A stretch of DNA of 63,218 nucleotides, counting the filler, from Candidatus Sysuiplasma jiujiangense (GTDB taxonomy: Archaea; Thermoplasmatota; Thermoplasmata; Sysuiplasmatales; Sysuiplasmataceae): assembly GCA_019721075.1 (NCBI GenBank). It is 10 parts of 10 records of this genome, joined end to end, with 100 filler letters (N's around TTAATTAATTAA, not from the genome) between each part and the next. Parts side by side here need not be neighbours in the genome. Positions count along the whole stretch, not along the records: positions 7,665 to 14,780 come from JAHEAD010000034.1; positions 14,881 to 21,971 come from JAHEAD010000035.1; 8 more parts are not named here. One strand, given 5' to 3'. Each line of letters begins with the position of its first letter. The first letter of the stretch is position 1. Shown here piece after piece: positions 9,392 to 18,624 of this stretch. A program made the position numbers and the translations under genes. The notes under the pieces were generated by a model. That model searched no databases. It had not been told where the DNA came from and was given only the letters and a program-made list of their open reading frames with translations.

Positions 9392-10954
9392 TCAGACAGC
9401 CGCAGGAGCAGTTACACTGTGCGGTGCTTTCCTTCCCGCCGAATAATAGAGAAATTCGAAGATCGAGACAAAGACGGCAATCATTACAAGATCGTAGACT
9501 ATGCCTGAATAGCGGTTGCCGGAAATCAGCAGCAGTGATGCCACAGCGACTGCTGTGGCTCCTCTCGGAAGAGATGCTTCGACAATCTGAACGACGCCTC
9601 TGTCGTTCCTGTCCGCCCTGCTTGTGAAAAGCATTGTCCTGCCCGCAAGTCCGATTATCTTTCTCAGAATCATGAATACAGCCCAGAAGAGCACGACAAA
9701 CAGGGCGCCTTCGATCAGACCGCGGTATGGGAGACCGCCTAAAATGGGAACGGACAGCGACGGCACACCGCTGTTTAAAAATCCTCCTCCGTCGTAAAGA
9801 GAGAGCAAATTCCCGTAAAACTGCATTCCGACGACAAAGAAAAAGCCTATCCGCACCATCTGCTCGAATTCTTCATGGAACATGGTCATGCCAGACAGAC
9901 CGTATTCCCTGCCGTCCGGTCCGGGAGACTGAAGCAGCCCGTTCCTCCTTTTAAGGAAGAAAAACCCGACCGCATAATTCAGAAGAAAGAGCGCAATGAG
10001 GCCGACGACCGCAGTACTGAAGCTGTCAAGTGCGAAATACGGTCCCTCAAGCTCAAGCACCTCGTACAGTATGATGGAAAAGCCGAGAAGCAGACCGTAC
10101 TGCAGCATACCCTTACTCATCTCCGCCTCCTCGTTCCCTCCCTTCTGAGTGAAAAGGGTTCGCGGGAAAAAATTGAGAATCATTACTGTGGCGATGATGA
10201 AACCTCCGGCAGTGACAATCAGCTCCATGATGTTGACGAAGTGGAAGAGAAGGTACGAGTCGAACGCATGTGACAGCGCGCTAATTCCTGATTGAAAGGT
10301 GGGTGTTGAGCCGTTTGTGCCTATGAAGAATAAAAGGAGATCCACAATGACAAGGAGCATTACGCTGTTTGCAGCAGACTCTATTGTCAGAAGCTCCGCG
10401 ATCTGGTTGTATATTCTCTCTGGTTTTCCCTCTTCGACCCTCTTCTCGCTCACCTTGAGGACATAAGGTATGACGACTGTAGCCGACGTCTCGCCCGCAA
10501 TCGCGCCGAACAGTGCGCCGTACAGCAGAGGCAGATGAAATGCGCTGAAAATGAACATGAAGATTATTGCAGAAAGAAAAATGTCCAGGAATCCCATGAG
10601 CCAGCCGTCGGCATTTCTTCTCAGCCTCCCCGCCTTTGCCTTTCTGTCACGGGCACCTATCTTCAGCCCGGCTCCGGTGAATATGATTATGAGCATGAGC
10701 TGGCTGATAAAAGGACTCGCAAAGGCAGACAGGAAGTAGATGAAATAATTTGCCTGGCCACCCGGTATTACCACGTTGGCGGAAGCTGCATTTGGTTGAA
10801 ATATGGAACCGAACGCCATTCCCGCGACTATGAGACCTATTACGAGGATTGCAATGCCCGAGTCCTTGTTGTAAACAATGTTGATCAGGAGAGAGCCAAC
10901 CAGCAGCACTCCGCCTGTGGTAAGCATAACGAGACTAACAGCAGGATAGAGCAT
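9392..10954 (-). CDS. Cation:proton antiporter family membrane protein (CPA1/NhaP-like)
   Basis: ~12 TM; IIFTGAGLKI, GETSATVVIP, IESAANS, LPRGATAVAVA motifs. Confidence 0.75.
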   Translation of the reverse strand: MLYPAVSLVMLTTGGVLLVGSLLINIVYNKDSGIAILVIGLIVAGMAFGSIFQPNAASANVVIPGGQANYFIYFLSAFASPFISQLMLIIIFTGAGLKIGARDRKAKAGRLRRNADGWLMGFLDIFLSAIIFMFIFSAFHLPLLYGALFGAIAGETSATVVIPYVLKVSEKRVEEGKPERIYNQIAELLTIESAANSVMLLVIVDLLLFFIGTNGSTPTFQSGISALSHAFDSYLLFHFVNIMELIVTAGGFIIATVMILNFFPRTLFTQKGGNEEAEMSKGMLQYGLLLGFSIILYEVLELEGPYFALDSFSTAVVGLIALFLLNYAVGFFFLKRRNGLLQSPGPDGREYGLSGMTMFHEEFEQMVRIGFFFVVGMQFYGNLLSLYDGGGFLNSGVPSLSVPILGGLPYRGLIEGALFVVLFWAVFMILRKIIGLAGRTMLFTSRADRNDRGVVQIVEASLPRGATAVAVASLLLISGNRYSGIVYDLVMIAVFVSIFEFLYYSAGRKAPHSVTAPAAV

Positions 10955-11266
10955 ACCTTATCTCCCCCTTTCCCCCGGTTTGGCGATCTGCATTTCAGTT
11001 TAAATAACTAAGCATGATAAAAAATAACGTGCTTTTCATTGTTTAGAATGAAATGGTGAATAAAAGGCTCCAGAACAGAATTTCTGGAGCGCATTTCAGT
11101 GGCGAATAGGTGGCACCTTTCGGGGGCGCATATCGAAAGCATTGCACATCCGTGAAATGACGCCGACGTTTGCCTGTTGAATTGCACCTCCAGTTTACAG
11201 TGCCGGGAAATATGATCCGTGGAGGGCAGATATGGTCGTAGGCCTGGCTATTCAGCAGTAACCGCA

Positions 11267-12307
11267 CTAGCTTTTCTGGACTCCGAAGAAATTGATCCAT
11301 GTCAGCGCGTCTATTCCAGGAGCCAGCGACCAGGTGAAAGAAGACGGGTTGATCCACGAACGGTAATACAGGACTCCGACGCTCTGGTATATGCCCACCG
11401 CAAGGTCCAGTTCAGAATACAGGTAGCTTGACTCAAAGTAATACTGTGTTCTCTGTGTAGTGTTTGTCACGCCAAAAGCTGCCTCCGTGAAATTCCACAT
11501 TTCATGGATGAGTTTCCATTCGTGAGGATTCGTGGTTGTATTGAATCCTGTTCCCTGGAACAGGCCGTCAGGATAGGAATAGATGCCGTATGGAAGGGCA
11601 AACGGTCCTGCGAAATCAGAGGGATCGGCGTAATCGGCTACCCATCCGTCATAGTAAACCGGCAACGGATTCTGAGAAGAGGACACAGTGGTCAGCGTGG
11701 AGAGAGTCGAAGGATTGATATCCACCAGATAAGGCTGGACGACCCCCTGCGTTGCTGCCTCGATAGCAGGTATCCAGTAATCCGTGATCATTGCGTCCTG
11801 TACTGCGTTTCCTATTGAGTTGAATATCGGAAGAACTATTGAGTTCTTTCCGAGACCCGTGAAGGGGGTCGAGTTCCAGTATGACATCGCAAGTTTCATG
11901 TCGTAGTATGGCATCCACGGGTTTGAACTCAGGTTTGTTATATTGGAGGGATAGTCCTGGATGCCGGAAGGAATGTATCCTGCCTCATTTTTTGCGAATG
12001 TTATACCTGAAACGTTGTTCATTGAAAGGTATTCAGACTGATTGAATGCATAGGTCAAAGTCCTTCGCACGCTCAGATTGCCAAGGAATGTCGAAACCTG
12101 GTATCCGTTGACGCTGTAGATCGTCGAAGAGGGAAAAGAATTCTTGTAACCGAGGTCTGTAAGGCCCGTAACATTTAAGATCGGGAAAGCCGAGAGGAGC
12201 ATCATACTCGCCGCCTCCGGTAAGAATGAGAGCGACACAAAGACACGAAACGGCTGATTCTGGCGACCATCTGTAGAAAAGGAAGCGCTTGTCCTGAGTT
12301 GTTTCAA
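11267..12307 (-). pseudogene. C-terminal half of an ABC oligopeptide substrate-binding protein (family 5); N-terminus missing
   Basis: NLSVRRTLTYAFN, GWVADYADPSDF and QRTQYY match the OppA/DppA C-terminal region; no signal peptide or N-terminal half before dmpA. Confidence 0.6.
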
Positions 12308-12419
12308 CCCCCTGCAACGCTGGCCGGAATTACAGTAAATTTCCTGCTTTGCCGCTCAGGTAATTTTGCCATATTCCTCTGCGAACGCAGAAAACGTACG
12401 GTCCTCATCTTCCGCTCAT

Positions 12420-13511
12420 TCAGGCACTTTTGTTTAAAATTTTCAACACCCGGTCAACTGGAATTTCTGCCGAGACATGGCCGTCCCTGCCTTCAACTGT
12501 TGTCGAGCAGAACATGGAATCCAGAACCGATTCCTCAGTTGCTTCCACTGCAGCCTGGAAAAGCGTATTCATCTTTTCCTCCGATATTTCCCGGTATTCC
12601 CTTACATCTCTCCTCTCAGCTGCCGCGGAATATACAATTTTGTTTGAAGTGGAAAAGGCGACAGATATATCGCCGCTTCCGTTTGAGGCGAATGACCCCG
12701 TTCTCGCGATCCCGAGAAACGCTCTTCTTGAAAGACGCTTAAGCTGGCGTGAAGAAAGAGGAGCGTCCGTAGCCATCACAGTCACTATGGAACCGCCATC
12801 GCGTTTATGTGCACTGAGTCCTGAATCCAGACTGCTGCCTATGTTTCGTCCTGCAATGGTCAGCTGCCATCTGCTGCCGAAGTTTGAAAGGACAAGTACG
12901 CCCAGTGTCCATGTGTGCCCGGAAAAGCGGAGGACTCGGGAAGCAGAGCCGATGCCTCCCTTGAACTGAAAGGTTGTCGTACCGGTGCCTGCTCCAACGT
13001 TTCCCAGCTCGAACTTCTCGCAGGCCGCACTGATGGCCTCGCAAGCGTGTTCGGGTCGGACGTGCATACCTCTGGAATCGTTGAGGAAAGAGTCGTCGCA
13101 CTCTGAAACTACCGGAACAACAGTGCTTTCCGTAATGCCAGCCTGCGCATTTTTTTCCAGAACGTGGCTTATCAGCCCATTAGCCACATTGTGAACGCAC
13201 ATAGTGTTTGTCAAACCGATAGGTGTCTCAAGAGAGCCGAATTCATCCAATTCCAGCGCACCGGTAAGTTCTCCGCAGCCGTTGATCGTTGACCATGCGG
13301 CAGAAGGACGGTCCTTCCAGACATTCCCCTGATGCGGCATTATCACAGTAACGCCGGTTCTTACCGGCCCTCTGCCGGGGACGAGTTTGCCTTTGCCTGA
13401 AACAAGTGTCCTGTGACCCACGGTTACACCTCTCACGTCACTGATCCTGTTGAGAGGGCCGGTTCCGAGAGCGCCGATCACAATACCCAAATCCCTGATT
13501 CTCGTCCTCAT
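12420..13511 (-). CDS. dmpA: DmpA-family L-aminopeptidase/D-esterase (peptidase P1/S58)
   Basis: RIRDLG..GPLNRISDVRGVTVGH, RTGVTVI, PVVSECDDSFLND, GAGTG, KGGIGSASR, GGSIVTVMATDAPL, NGSGD. Confidence 0.92.
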   Translation of the reverse strand: MRTRIRDLGIVIGALGTGPLNRISDVRGVTVGHRTLVSGKGKLVPGRGPVRTGVTVIMPHQGNVWKDRPSAAWSTINGCGELTGALELDEFGSLETPIGLTNTMCVHNVANGLISHVLEKNAQAGITESTVVPVVSECDDSFLNDSRGMHVRPEHACEAISAACEKFELGNVGAGTGTTTFQFKGGIGSASRVLRFSGHTWTLGVLVLSNFGSRWQLTIAGRNIGSSLDSGLSAHKRDGGSIVTVMATDAPLSSRQLKRLSRRAFLGIARTGSFASNGSGDISVAFSTSNKIVYSAAAERRDVREYREISEEKMNTLFQAAVEATEESVLDSMFCSTTVEGRDGHVSAEIPVDRVLKILNKSA

Positions 13512-13944
13512 CTGAATCCATTTCCTTGTGTAATATAGTCTCACCGATTTAACAGCACCTTCCTGATGGGCTGAGGACTTGCGGCATCTTGCCTAAACCA
13601 TTCTGTATTGTCGATTTAGAAGGGCGTCGTTGCCGTTTCTCCTATTACAAAGACAAAGATTATCAGACTCAGAGACATTCAGACAACTTGGTTTCGACAG
13701 CCCGGGAAATGGCCTGAGCTGCCCTGCGTGAAGCGAAAAGGTTCTGTATGCCCCGCACGGATTCGTTTACGGTTGCTGGCCAGGCATTATTGCATACAAA
13801 ACGTTGCATGGGTTACGGGGCCGATCGTATTACTCGTATGTGACATCTTGTATGAAAAGTCATCAAATGCGCAATTCGTGTGAATATCGGCAACCAATGC
13901 CGTAGAATGCAGAATGCCGGTGCCTGCTGGCAATGAATATTGTA

Positions 13945-14739
13945 TCACATCCTGCCTGCACTGCCTGCTTTGTTCATGAATGCAATAATGCACATGTAAA
14001 GCAGGGAGAGTGAAGGGATGAGCACGATGGTGGTGAAACTCAGCCAGATTGGCCACCCTGTTAAATAAGGAATGCCTGCATAGCAGCAGGCCGGTCTTTC
14101 CGACCATACTGAGGGGTTGATAAACGGCCACTCAAGCAGCAGCACAAGAATTCCTGCCAGTACGGTCACAGACGCCAGGTAGAGAAGCGAGGCTGCATGG
14201 CCTCCCGGTAGTTGCACTCCCATCGCTGGAGATGAACCGGACCTCCTGTTAAAATTTCCCTTAGGCCTCACCTGCGCCATTACGAATATAAGGAGGGCGA
14301 CGGCAGTCAGCAGGAGAATTGAGATAAATCCAGGAATTGCTCCGGATGCGGCCTGATCGGACAGGAGCCACCATGTGGTATAGAAGTATGACAGGAATAC
14401 CATTAAAACAGCAAAACAGGCTGTCGAGACACGCACAACAGTTTCCAGGCGATTGATACCGCCAGATCGCTTGACCGCCCAGTTGAAGCCGATTACAGTA
14501 AAGACTGCGGTCAGGGCCGATAAAATCGCAATCGCGAAAAGCAGCCACTCGGTGATAAAACGGGTAACACCGAACGAGGGAAAGAAATCGTAGTTCAGAC
14601 CCTGTCCGCGGATCGGACAAAAACATACCCGTGGAGAGTAGGTTTGTATCGAGATCAGAAGGAACAGAGAGAGGAACAACGTTAGAAACGGTATCATCAC
14701 CGTCATCGCACGCGTCACCAGGTGCTGTGCCTTCGTCAT
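13945..14739 (-). CDS. Hypothetical multi-pass membrane protein
   Basis: 264 aa with ~6 hydrophobic segments and Cys pairs in loops. Confidence 0.65.
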   Translation of the reverse strand: MTKAQHLVTRAMTVMIPFLTLFLSLFLLISIQTYSPRVCFCPIRGQGLNYDFFPSFGVTRFITEWLLFAIAILSALTAVFTVIGFNWAVKRSGGINRLETVVRVSTACFAVLMVFLSYFYTTWWLLSDQAASGAIPGFISILLLTAVALLIFVMAQVRPKGNFNRRSGSSPAMGVQLPGGHAASLLYLASVTVLAGILVLLLEWPFINPSVWSERPACCYAGIPYLTGWPIWLSFTTIVLIPSLSLLYMCIIAFMNKAGSAGRM

Positions 14740-14978
14740 TACTTTCCATCCCCATCCGCCTTATCTTTTACATCAGTCCTNNNNNNNNNNNNNNNNNNNN
14801 NNNNNNNNNNNNNNNNNNNNNNNNTTAATTAATTAANNNNNNNNNNNNNNNNNNNNNNNNNNNNNNNNNNNNNNNNNNNNGTGATACAGCAGCCACAATT
14901 CTCAAGTACTATTCAAAGCCAAGCCCCGAGTTCATCCGGAAGACCATACAGGAGAAACAGATGTTTGAGGTGAAGTGA

Positions 14979-15212
14979 TTGCAGCTTCAGGATCAGGTCA
15001 AGCCATTCACTCACCAGATTGATAATGTCATCCTTGAGGCCATTCCACCCGGAAGGAAAATTTTCGGAAGGGCACTCGCCTATCAGCTGGATATTCCTTA
15101 CAAGGTGATCCGGTACCACATCAGGGAATGCCTCTCGATAGTGGTAGAAATTACGACCCCCCACATAAACTCTGACGGCAGATCATGGAACGTCATCATA
15201 TACCGCAGATGA
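14979..15212 (+). CDS. Small winged-helix DNA-binding protein
   Basis: 77 aa; ALAYQLDIPYKVIRYHIRE HTH-like segment and beta-wing; GAGGTGA RBS; stop lies inside the 107-bp repeat. Confidence 0.6.
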   Translation: MQLQDQVKPFTHQIDNVILEAIPPGRKIFGRALAYQLDIPYKVIRYHIRECLSIVVEITTPHINSDGRSWNVIIYRR

Positions 15213-15309
15213 ATGTATATATAACCACTTGAATATATCCATTCACAGTTTCTGGGGAGGCGAGCCATCGAGCCCCAGAAACTTGGATGGCTTCTTTCCC
15301 AGGAATTAG
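15203..15309 (+). repeat. 107-bp structured direct repeat, left copy (contig 3)
   Basis: CCGCAGATGAATGTATATAT...CCCAGGAATTAG; near-identical to 19727-19833, 35464-35562 and 40000-40106. Confidence 0.95.
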
Positions 15310-15337
15310 TAATACCGTAAAACAAAGGTGAACATAA

Positions 15338-15559
15338 ATGTATGACTCAATAACAGGGATACTCATAGTAGCAGGCATAATAGTCGTATTATTCGGTTAC
15401 AAGAAATTCCCGGATATTGTACGAAGTTTTGGAAGAGCAACAGGGGAGTTCCAAAAAGGCAAAATGGAAGCACAGAAGGAACTCGACGAAATAAAGAAAT
15501 CTGTTGCTGAGCCTGCAAATGATGTCAAGAACACAGCAGCAGAAATAAAGAAAGGGTAA
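15338..15559 (+). CDS. tatA: Twin-arginine translocase subunit TatA/TatE
   Basis: N-terminal TM, FG hinge (VLFGYKKFPDIVRSFGRATGEFQKG), amphipathic helix; GGTGA RBS. Confidence 0.93.
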   Translation: MYDSITGILIVAGIIVVLFGYKKFPDIVRSFGRATGEFQKGKMEAQKELDEIKKSVAEPANDVKNTAAEIKKG

Positions 15560-15564
15560 TGTAA

Positions 15565-16344
15565 ATGGGCGAAGGCATGCTCGATGAACTGCAACCGCAT
15601 ATCTCCGAGTTGTTTCAGAGACTGAAGCACATAGGCATAGCCTTCGTCATCGTTCTTTTAACTGTATTCATGTTCAATCCACTGAAACTGACATTCGGTC
15701 TCACAGGTTCATTCACCGTTTACGTGTTCAGGCTTATTTCAGAGAATATAGGCGGCGTGAAGATAATAACGATCTCACCTTTTGAGTCGCTTTTTACGGA
15801 TCTGTTTCTTGGAGTTGTGATATCAGTCATGATATTGCTTCCTTATATTCTCTATAATGTGTTTGCTTTCATCATTCCGGGAATGTCAAAAAGGGAGAAG
15901 CGGCTCCTCAAATTATCCCTTATTCCCGGAACCATCATGTTCATCGTTGGAATGTCGTTTGCATGGTATCTCCTGATACCTCTGATGTTCCATTTTACAG
16001 CAATCCTGGATCCGGCAATGGGCGTTGAACCAACCGTATCTGCACAGAAGCTGATTGGTCTCTTATTGACAATCATATTTTCTCTGGGTCTCGTGTTTGA
16101 GATGCCACTGATAATCTCTGCACTCGTTTATCTCGGCATAGTTGATGTTCAGTTCCTAAAGGCGAAATGGAGGTATGCGGTTGCAGGTTCATTCATAGCC
16201 GCATGGATCATATCACCGGGTGCGACTGGTGGTCTCATAGAAACTGCAATGGGATTGATATTTTCAGGCTTGTACTTTTCTGGTATATATCTCGGAAAGT
16301 TCATGGAAGTACGAAAAAGGAGTTATGTGTATGTGGAAGCATAA
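15565..16344 (+). CDS. tatC: Twin-arginine translocase subunit TatC
   Basis: 259 aa, 6 TM; HISELFQRL, SPFE, FIIPGMSKREKR, GLVFEMP, WRYAV..IAAWIISPG; directly follows tatA. Confidence 0.93.
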   Translation: MGEGMLDELQPHISELFQRLKHIGIAFVIVLLTVFMFNPLKLTFGLTGSFTVYVFRLISENIGGVKIITISPFESLFTDLFLGVVISVMILLPYILYNVFAFIIPGMSKREKRLLKLSLIPGTIMFIVGMSFAWYLLIPLMFHFTAILDPAMGVEPTVSAQKLIGLLLTIIFSLGLVFEMPLIISALVYLGIVDVQFLKAKWRYAVAGSFIAAWIISPGATGGLIETAMGLIFSGLYFSGIYLGKFMEVRKRSYVYVEA

Positions 16345-18100
16345 AGAATCGAAGTGGTTGGTACGTGGTGGTCGCAAGGTTAGATGTTATCTCTGTGGAA
16401 AGAAGATTCTCGCAAAGGGTGACCTGTTTCTTTTCCATCAAGACACAGGGTATTATTCGCACCAGTCCTGCATGACGGAAAGCACCACGCTAAGTGGAAA
16501 TGAAAGACGAAGGGCAGTCAAGAAGATAGCCGTTGGGGCTGCCGTTGTCGGTGCCATAGCTGCAGGTGCTGGGAAATTCATCGACATTTCCTCACAGTCG
16601 AAGGGATCAAATTCACCTGATACGCAGACCATACTGACCTCACAGGGGTTGATACTACCTGCACTTACATCCGATCCTGCGAATCCTGTTGCAGGTCAAA
16701 TGTGGTATCGATCAGATGCAGGTGTTACGGCGCATTATGATTCAATTCAGAATAGAGTTGTGTATTCATCTGAAATCAACAATGGCAATGTTAATGTTAC
16801 ATCTAAAGGAATTGTTAACGGTTTATCTGTATTGCCCAACGATGGCACTGGTGGTTTCGGGCCGGGTTCATTACAGGCAGACGGATCACTGACGCAGACA
16901 TCAGGGATACAGGAAGCTGTGAATTATATATATAATTCTGGCACTACTATTAATGGTAATGGTGGAAAATCACTGTTAACTGACGCAATTTATCTGGATG
17001 GTGATGTATTTGAGATAGATGCCCCAATTACAATCTCGGCTGCTCCGTCAGGTGTTTATGGGCCGAATCTGACAGTCAGAGGACGGGGAATACAGAATAC
17101 TATTCTAAACTTCAATTTTGATAACGAATGGGGAATTACTATATCTCCAGATAATTCATACGGTATGTTTTCTTTTGAGGGATTTTCTCCAAATGCAGGA
17201 GCAGGATACACGCCAAACGGTTGGCTAAATGCGGATTGGTCGGGGTCAAGCAATGCAGGACAAACAAACATGATATTAAAAGACATAAATGTTTACCCTG
17301 CAACATGGTCTGTAAATTCGATGGTGCTTAAGGCAATGGCATACGTTCTCCTGCTCAATGTATGGGATACGACAAAATCGTCTGACACTGGGCCAGTTCT
17401 TGCAAACGAACTAAATCAATGGATAGGTGGCGTGTCATATCAACCAATCAACTTGACAAATACGAGCATTGGCACATTTGTTACAGAATTAGATGGATTG
17501 CAGTCTTGCCCAGTCAGTGTAACTTATGGAACAGTCCTTTTAAGTGTTAGGAACTGCATGGGATTTGTTTTTACGATAGGAGCAGCAACAATGACAAATC
17601 TGTATCTGGAAAATGTAGAATATGGAACATTGTCAGGGTCAGCCTTAATCAGTGCATCATCTGCTTCAACCATTAACATGATAACCATAAAAGGGTTATT
17701 CACAAGCACAACACAGACCAAATCATTGTTAGATACCACGAATTTAACTGTTTTAAAACTATCCGCTGAAGGTGTAAATCCATCATCCGGCACACTGACG
17801 CTTCCATCTGTTTCCATATCTGCAAATCCACCTGTAAGTGGAACAGTTTATCAAAATACCAATCCATATGACATAGAAATAGACCTGCCAGTATATGCAA
17901 CAACATCTGGAACAGCAGGATACGTTACGATAGCAAAGGGTTCAACAGATACGCCAACTGCAATAAGCAACCAGTATGTGAGTGGAGATACATCTTCAAC
18001 ATCAACACAGATAATCAGGTTAAGAGTTCCAGCAGGATGGTATTATTCATTCACAGGATCAGGTGTAACATTTGCAACAGCTACGCCATTTGCAGAGTGA
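16325..18100 (+). CDS. Twin-arginine signal protein: Zn finger, RR-TM, fibre-like neck, predicted beta-helix (tailspike/pectate-lyase-like), C-terminal tip
   Basis: CYLC..HQSC; ERRRAVKKIAVGAAVVGAIAAG; SDPANPVAGQMWYRSD; TSGIQEAVN..IYLDGDVFEIDAPITI..LTVRGRGIQNTIL resembles a beta-helix cap; overlaps the tatC stop. Confidence 0.8.
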   Translation: MCMWKHKESKWLVRGGRKVRCYLCGKKILAKGDLFLFHQDTGYYSHQSCMTESTTLSGNERRRAVKKIAVGAAVVGAIAAGAGKFIDISSQSKGSNSPDTQTILTSQGLILPALTSDPANPVAGQMWYRSDAGVTAHYDSIQNRVVYSSEINNGNVNVTSKGIVNGLSVLPNDGTGGFGPGSLQADGSLTQTSGIQEAVNYIYNSGTTINGNGGKSLLTDAIYLDGDVFEIDAPITISAAPSGVYGPNLTVRGRGIQNTILNFNFDNEWGITISPDNSYGMFSFEGFSPNAGAGYTPNGWLNADWSGSSNAGQTNMILKDINVYPATWSVNSMVLKAMAYVLLLNVWDTTKSSDTGPVLANELNQWIGGVSYQPINLTNTSIGTFVTELDGLQSCPVSVTYGTVLLSVRNCMGFVFTIGAATMTNLYLENVEYGTLSGSALISASSASTINMITIKGLFTSTTQTKSLLDTTNLTVLKLSAEGVNPSSGTLTLPSVSISANPPVSGTVYQNTNPYDIEIDLPVYATTSGTAGYVTIAKGSTDTPTAISNQYVSGDTSSTSTQIIRLRVPAGWYYSFTGSGVTFATATPFAE

Positions 18101-18105
18101 TTGAA

Positions 18106-18624
18106 ATGAAAATTAAATGTCCTGTAGCACTGTGTGAATGGGAAGGCAAAACCCATCAATTTCATAAACATATCGAGGAATACAAAATCACATGGAAAAA
18201 TGTCATGGACAGTGGATTTCCGAGATCAGAATCACATGAAAGATGGGCAAACTATTTCTTCAAAGAAATCTGGAATGATCCAAATCTGCCTGAAAAAGTA
18301 AAATGGACAAACATTGCAGTTGCCTACGTGAATCAGATCAAGAATCAAAGCAAGATGGCACAGCACAAGGGAAAGTTATCCCCTGATGGTTCCGACAAAA
18401 TAGAGATGCATGATGGCAAGGTATTCATGAATGGGCAGGAATACTCACCTGATGAATTCTCAAAGATAATGCCCGGAATCAAGGTTCCACAGGGGCAGAA
18501 GCCACCGTTTGAGACCGTCAAGGACATTTCAGGTGATTTGAGGATCACGCATGAAGGAAAAGATTACACAATTGAAGAGTTCAGGAAGCTGCAGCGAGAG
18601 AAATTGGAGATGCTGAAAAAATGA
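18106..18624 (+). CDS. C2H2 zinc-finger-like cytoplasmic protein
   Basis: Start moved to ATG 18106 (MKIKCPVALC..HQFHKH) after GAGTGA; conserved in the second copy. Confidence 0.75.
   Translation: MKIKCPVALCEWEGKTHQFHKHIEEYKITWKNVMDSGFPRSESHERWANYFFKEIWNDPNLPEKVKWTNIAVAYVNQIKNQSKMAQHKGKLSPDGSDKIEMHDGKVFMNGQEYSPDEFSKIMPGIKVPQGQKPPFETVKDISGDLRITHEGKDYTIEEFRKLQREKLEMLKK

Noticed and set aside
15203..15309. 107-bp repeat as a CRISPR repeat, tRNA or hammerhead ribozyme
   Set aside because: Too long and 4.5 kb apart, no cas genes, no cloverleaf or T-loop, no CUGANGA core.
16325..18100. Spike variation as the product of a diversity-generating retroelement
   Set aside because: No reverse transcriptase or template repeat is visible, and the differences are whole-segment swaps, not adenine-specific.
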